A stretch of 64,000 nt of DNA. Source: Psammoneis japonica. Taxonomy: Eukaryota. Both the position numbers and the translations under genes were made by a program. The DNA lies in NCBI GenBank assembly GCA_008632985.1, contig QPGO01000112.1:62001-126000 (forward strand), given 5' to 3'. A model generated the notes under the pieces. That model was given only the letters and a program-made list of their open reading frames with translations. It was not told the origin of the DNA and did no database searches. Shown one piece after another: positions 60,041 through 64,000 of the stretch. The first letter of the stretch is position 1, and every line of letters begins with the position of its first letter.

Positions 60041-60639
60041 TGCAGGTGCTCAGCAATGACTTGGCTGCAGGTGGAGTGGTGTTGCCAAGCACCAAACATG
60101 GTGCTTGTGACTCTTTGGAGTGAACATTGAACCAGCAAGTCAATGTTGCCAAAAGGGATCTCTTGATGCAAGCTTCAAACTTGTGGTGCAACAGGTGCCC
60201 AGTGGCACTGATCCAATGACATTGTGCAAACCAAATGGGCCAAATGATTCACTCCAAAGAGAGGGACAAGCAGAAAGGTGAAAAAGATCGGTGACGATGA
60301 GTTTTCAATTGCAAAAAGAAGAGTCGCCAAATCTTTCCCATGTCAGGAGCAACAGCATCTTCGCTCTCTTCAACAAATCTGGGTTCCTAAAATTTCCCAG
60401 CATCTTCCAGATGTTCCAACAGAGATCGGAACACTTTCATCTTCTGCACAGTGTTGGCTTGACTTTGATGAGGGGCAAGGGCAGTCTTGCAGAGCTGCGT
60501 GTGTCGCAGTCGTGAGATGAATGACACACCGGCTGTCCAGCAGTTCCTCCCAGCCAGACAGAAGAAGAAGAGAAAAGGAAAAGGAAGGAAAAAACAAACA
60601 TTGATGAAGGTTTGAAAGGGTGCGCTGCAGCACCGTAGT

Positions 60640-62250
60640 GTGCACAGCAGTGAAGACGGACGTAGACAGGTGCAGACACGCTGCATGGAATTTGGTGCGA
60701 AGTGTCACACGTTTACGTGCGCAGAAGGATGTGGATCGCCAACGGCTGGAACAAAGCAGCACACCACACAGCAGTCAGTGCAGCTCTGTCATCACGGCGC
60801 TAGAATGGCGGAGGACAACATCGTTGTGTCTGGCAAAGCAGAGGATGCAGCAGCTCTGGAAGTCATGGCAGAACTCACGGGCACCGAAGGTGCGGTGGCA
60901 GCTGCCATGACTGCACTTGGCACCGAGGGAAGTGCCGAGGGTGTGTCCGTTGAGTCCGAACGCGCAAGGATGTCGGAGAAGCCGGCGCAGTCCCAAACTG
61001 AAAAGAGGGAGAAAGCCGTGCTGCCGGAGCCAACCTTTCAAATTTGTGGTTGGAATGAAGCACAGCAGCTGGGTTGCACCGCCGAGCAGCTCCTTGAGGC
61101 CAGTTGCAAGATCGAGTTGGTGGGTGATCAGGCCACCTTTGTGAAACCGGAGGTCCTGCCTTTTTGCAGCGGCAAAAGTGAGGAGGCAGCCAAGCCCGCG
61201 GCCAAAGTGGTCGCGAAAGCAACGGCGGAAGAGGAAGAAGAAGGAAAGCAATTTCCGGACCCCAACGATCCGTCATTCGACTTGTGGGACTGGGTGTTGC
61301 GGCACGAAAAATCCAATAATTTCCAGGAGTCCATGTGCCTGATGAAGGATGCACTGAATGATCCCGACCTCTGGTTCCCCGCGCTGGGAGAACTGGGGTG
61401 CATCAGGAGCGACCCTGAAGCCATCGCGAATGCTCACGGCGAACACTGCAAGTGGGTGTGGAGGCACCGCACGGAAGTCGGCGAGAGGGGCATCCCAGAC
61501 TCAACGCCGAAGAGCAACAAAGTGTTCAAGACCGCCGTCGAGGCTTTCGAAGCGGGGTGGTCACTCGCACTGGTCTGCCTCGTGAAGAGAGCAAGTGCAG
61601 AAGTGTGCACATTTGGATGAGGCGCCGTGTCACTTCAACCTGCATTGTTTTGCCTCGAAAAGTCCATTCGCTCTGCAGGCTCCAAGGAGGTGGAGGTGGG
61701 CGAGCTGCGCGCATCGCAACGGAGGGGCGCAGGCATTGGTTTTTTTGATTTGCGCCAGTTCCAGAAAGGCAGCACGGTTGGAATCTACGTGGGCCCCAGG
61801 GTGCCCGGTACGACGAGGAGCTGCTCGTGGTGCGACCACGACAGCAAGTTTGGAGAAGACCACAGCGTGTGCTGCTCCACCATCCGTGACAGCGAGGGCT
61901 GCTGCGTCACAGTGGAGCCAAAACCGCTTGATTTTAGCGGTCCAGGGAACAAGAATTCCCATCCACTCTACCTCGGAATGCACTGCGTGAACGATGCCAC
62001 CAAGTCGTTCAAGGACAAGAAGAAGATCAAGGCAAGCCAACACACGGACAACAACTGCGAGTTCTACAACGACGGGTGCTTGGCAGTCACGAAGCGAATC
62101 ATGCCCAGGGAGGAATTTCTCTGCAGATGCAACTTGGACGAATCGGAGAAGAAGAAGAAGAAGAGGAAGGTGACGTCGGGTGCCATGAATCGGAAGAAGA
62201 AATCGCGTCTGCTCCCCAAGTCGGGGGGGAGAAGCTCTGCATCTGGCTGA
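60640..62250 (+). pseudogene. Unknown-domain ORF plus SET-domain ORF, same frame, interrupted by TGA at 61618-61620
   Basis: Homologous to 1035-2630. GAGIGFF...KGSTVGIYVG, HPLYLGMHCVND and REEFLCRCN are present. Confidence 0.7.
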
Positions 62251-62487
62251 ACGTTTGCCGTGTAGTGTGCTCTGTAAATTAGCAGCACAGTGTGTTGGTG
62301 TTTTTCAGCAAAACTGTGGCATTGGTTGGAAAGGCGTAGCCCCAGTTGTGGTTCGAAAAATGGGAACGAGGAAGAACAGAAAGTCGGCAAATTTGCGCAA
62401 ATCTGGCAAATTGGCAGGTGCCTGCACAGTCGCCTGAGTGCAGAAAGTCAGCAAATTTATGCAAATTTAGCAAGTTATTTTGCACTG

Positions 62488-63933
62488 TCACAGTCGCCTG
62501 AGAATGGTCTCTTCCTCTAGAGAAAGGGGGATTGAATTGTTGCTCTTGCCCACTGCAGCACTCTTCAGGCAGAGAGACACGCAGAAGAACTCGTCATTTG
62601 AGTTTGTCCTGCTGGAGATGCAGTGGCACTTGGTGGGGTTAAAAATGATGACATCACCAAGCCGGAGTGCAACGGAGATGCCTTCGGCAGGGAAGCAGAA
62701 GTGCGCCACAATCCCGTCATTCATGGTGTGGCTGCCGGACGGAGGGACTCCCACCACAGTGACCACTGACAGGAAGAAGTCCTGGTCCCGATGGGCGTTG
62801 AGGAAGACATTGCGCCCAGCCGCCAGAGAGGAGAAAATGCCATCTGACCGCACCAGGGATTTCCAGTTGTGAAACTTTTTGACACGAGCAATGCCCTTGA
62901 GGATGGCATGGTCCACGCACTCATTGACAAGGTGCTCCATGCGTGAAAGAAGTCTGGTGAGGTGGTGAGTGTGTTGGTCGGCTGTGCCAGGCTGCTTGCA
63001 AGAAATTCGAGCGTCTCTCGTGGCAGCCAGGCCAATCATGGAATGCTTGCTCCTGTCCGTCTCCATGAAGGTAACGTGTTGTTTGCCGCGCACGGTGGAC
63101 TGGGCGGTGCAGCATTCTAGTGCTTCGAGCGCTCGGCACTGAGCAACTGGTTCTGCTGGGTTGGGGGAGCTGAACACCACAGCAGAATGCGGCAGCAGGG
63201 TGCAGGTGTTGTCGCAGCGGCAACCGTCCAAGCCAAAGAAAGGCTTCAGATTGAGCACAGGGTCACAGACGACCAGAGGAGCCAATTCGGCAAAGTCAAT
63301 GTCAGCAAGACAAGGTGGTGCAGGCTGAGTGTAGTCGCCGTTGTGAACCAGAGTGCGGTTGGCTACGCAGCGCATGGAGAGACTCTCAGTGGCGCACGGT
63401 GCGAGTGGAACAAGGCGAGCAATCTTGGATGTTTTTGCACTGGCACGGCTGCGGATTCGCCTGCGGCTGCGGTGGGCCTTGCGAAGTGGCGGTTGAGCCC
63501 TCAACACATTCTCGCATGTCCTGGTGCGCATTGACGATGCGGTGTTCGCAGAGAACGTGTGTGCAAACTTGCCGGCAAATGTTCCGCTGCTTGACACTGT
63601 CACTGTCATCTCAACAGTGCCCAAAGCAGAACTCTTTCAACAGGGACCGGCGGACTCTAGGGGAGTGGGGTCAAAACCTGATCGAGAGATGTGTCTGCTT
63701 TCCGTTGCCTCAAGAGCACCCAAAGCAAAACTCTGTTGACAGGGACCGGCAGACTCCAGGGGAGTGGGGTCGAGACCCAATCGCAAGAAGCATTTGCTTG
63801 TTGTCGGGCTGCGAGCTGCATGTCCCAAACCCCCACACTGTTGAGACCGGCTGTAACTCGATCGCGACAAGTGCTTGTCGTTGGTGGGACGACGCAGCGA
63901 GGCACGAGGCAGTTGCAACATGGTGTGTCTCAA
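62488..63933 (-). pseudogene. TET/JBP-like 2OG-Fe(II) dioxygenase with N-terminal extension, one in-frame TGA at 63637-63639
   Basis: ORFs 62488-63624 and 63637-63933 share a frame. NAHRDQD...GDVIIFNPTKCHCIS gives the HxD...H triad. Confidence 0.65.
63620..63800. repeat. Two imperfect ~99-bp tandem units encoding a 33-aa repeat on the minus strand
   Basis: CCCAAAGCA.AACTCT.T..ACAGGGACCGGC.GACTC.AGGGGAGTGGGGTC occurs at about 63620 and 63719. The peptide G(L/F)DPTPLESAGPC occurs twice. Confidence 0.85.
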
Positions 63934-64000
63934 TTTGAAATGTGTTTCAAAATGTGATGACGGAAGTGTTGTCGCGTTGTTTTTGTCTCCGCGGAGGGAG

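Larger units (their letters stand above)
50940..60524. mobile_element. Cluster of nested, heavily mutated transposable element relics
   Basis: About 9.5 kb depleted in both TpA and CpG, with no intact long ORF. Contains recognisable copia and LINE fragments. Confidence 0.88.
60525..64000. mobile_element. Copy B (partial, inverted) of the TET/JBP-like plus SET element
   Basis: 60525-63299 is the reverse complement of 1-2775. Similar composition and the same reading frame continue towards the window end. Confidence 0.85.

Noticed and set aside
51500..60200. The many short Cys/His-rich ORFs as metal-binding proteins or real genes
   Set aside because: They overlap in all frames, lack Tyr and are explained by stop-codon loss in decayed TEs.
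60195..60220. Copia primer-binding site and LTR
   Set aside because: Minus-strand TGGATCAGTGC only loosely resembles the tRNA-Met PBS TGGTATCAGAGC, and I could not find a matching LTR pair.
50940..60524. Classical RIP or simple 5mC deamination as the full explanation
   Set aside because: RIP creates TpA, and CpG deamination cannot remove it. Conserved Tyr becoming Cys/His shows TpA is being lost.
1..64000. Whole window as one giant element with long terminal inverted repeats
   Set aside because: The interior holds ordinary intron-containing housekeeping genes of normal composition, and the precise TA-flanked ends face inward. This fits two separate insertions better.

Overview
Eukaryotic genomic DNA, most consistent with a diatom: compact genes with short GT-AG introns and a CoDi-like Ty1/copia relic. 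A block of ordinary genes (TBCCD1-like, MED10, ATG2, a GBF1/GNOM-type Sec7 ARF-GEF, SF3B1, a FkbM-like methyltransferase, a UBR-box N-recognin E3, an ABC1 kinase and several hypotheticals) is flanked by two inverted copies of a repeated element (1-2775 and 60525-64000). That element encodes a TET/JBP-like 2OG-Fe(II) dioxygenase and a SET-domain protein and ends in (TA)CACCGG. Degenerate TE patches lie at about 22.3-24.4 kb and 50.9-60.5 kb. The most striking signal is that the repeat-derived DNA, but not the genes, has lost most TpA dinucleotides. Comparing the two inverted copies shows TpA to TpG/CpA transitions, mostly 5'-TAY to TGY on either strand, which turn conserved Tyr into Cys/His. 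This is opposite in direction to fungal RIP and precedes CpG decay. It suggests a repeat-targeted A-to-G (T-to-C) hypermutation process that I cannot match to a named pathway. Several host genes carry apparent single-base frameshifts that may be assembly errors. All calls are by eye; no database searches were run.
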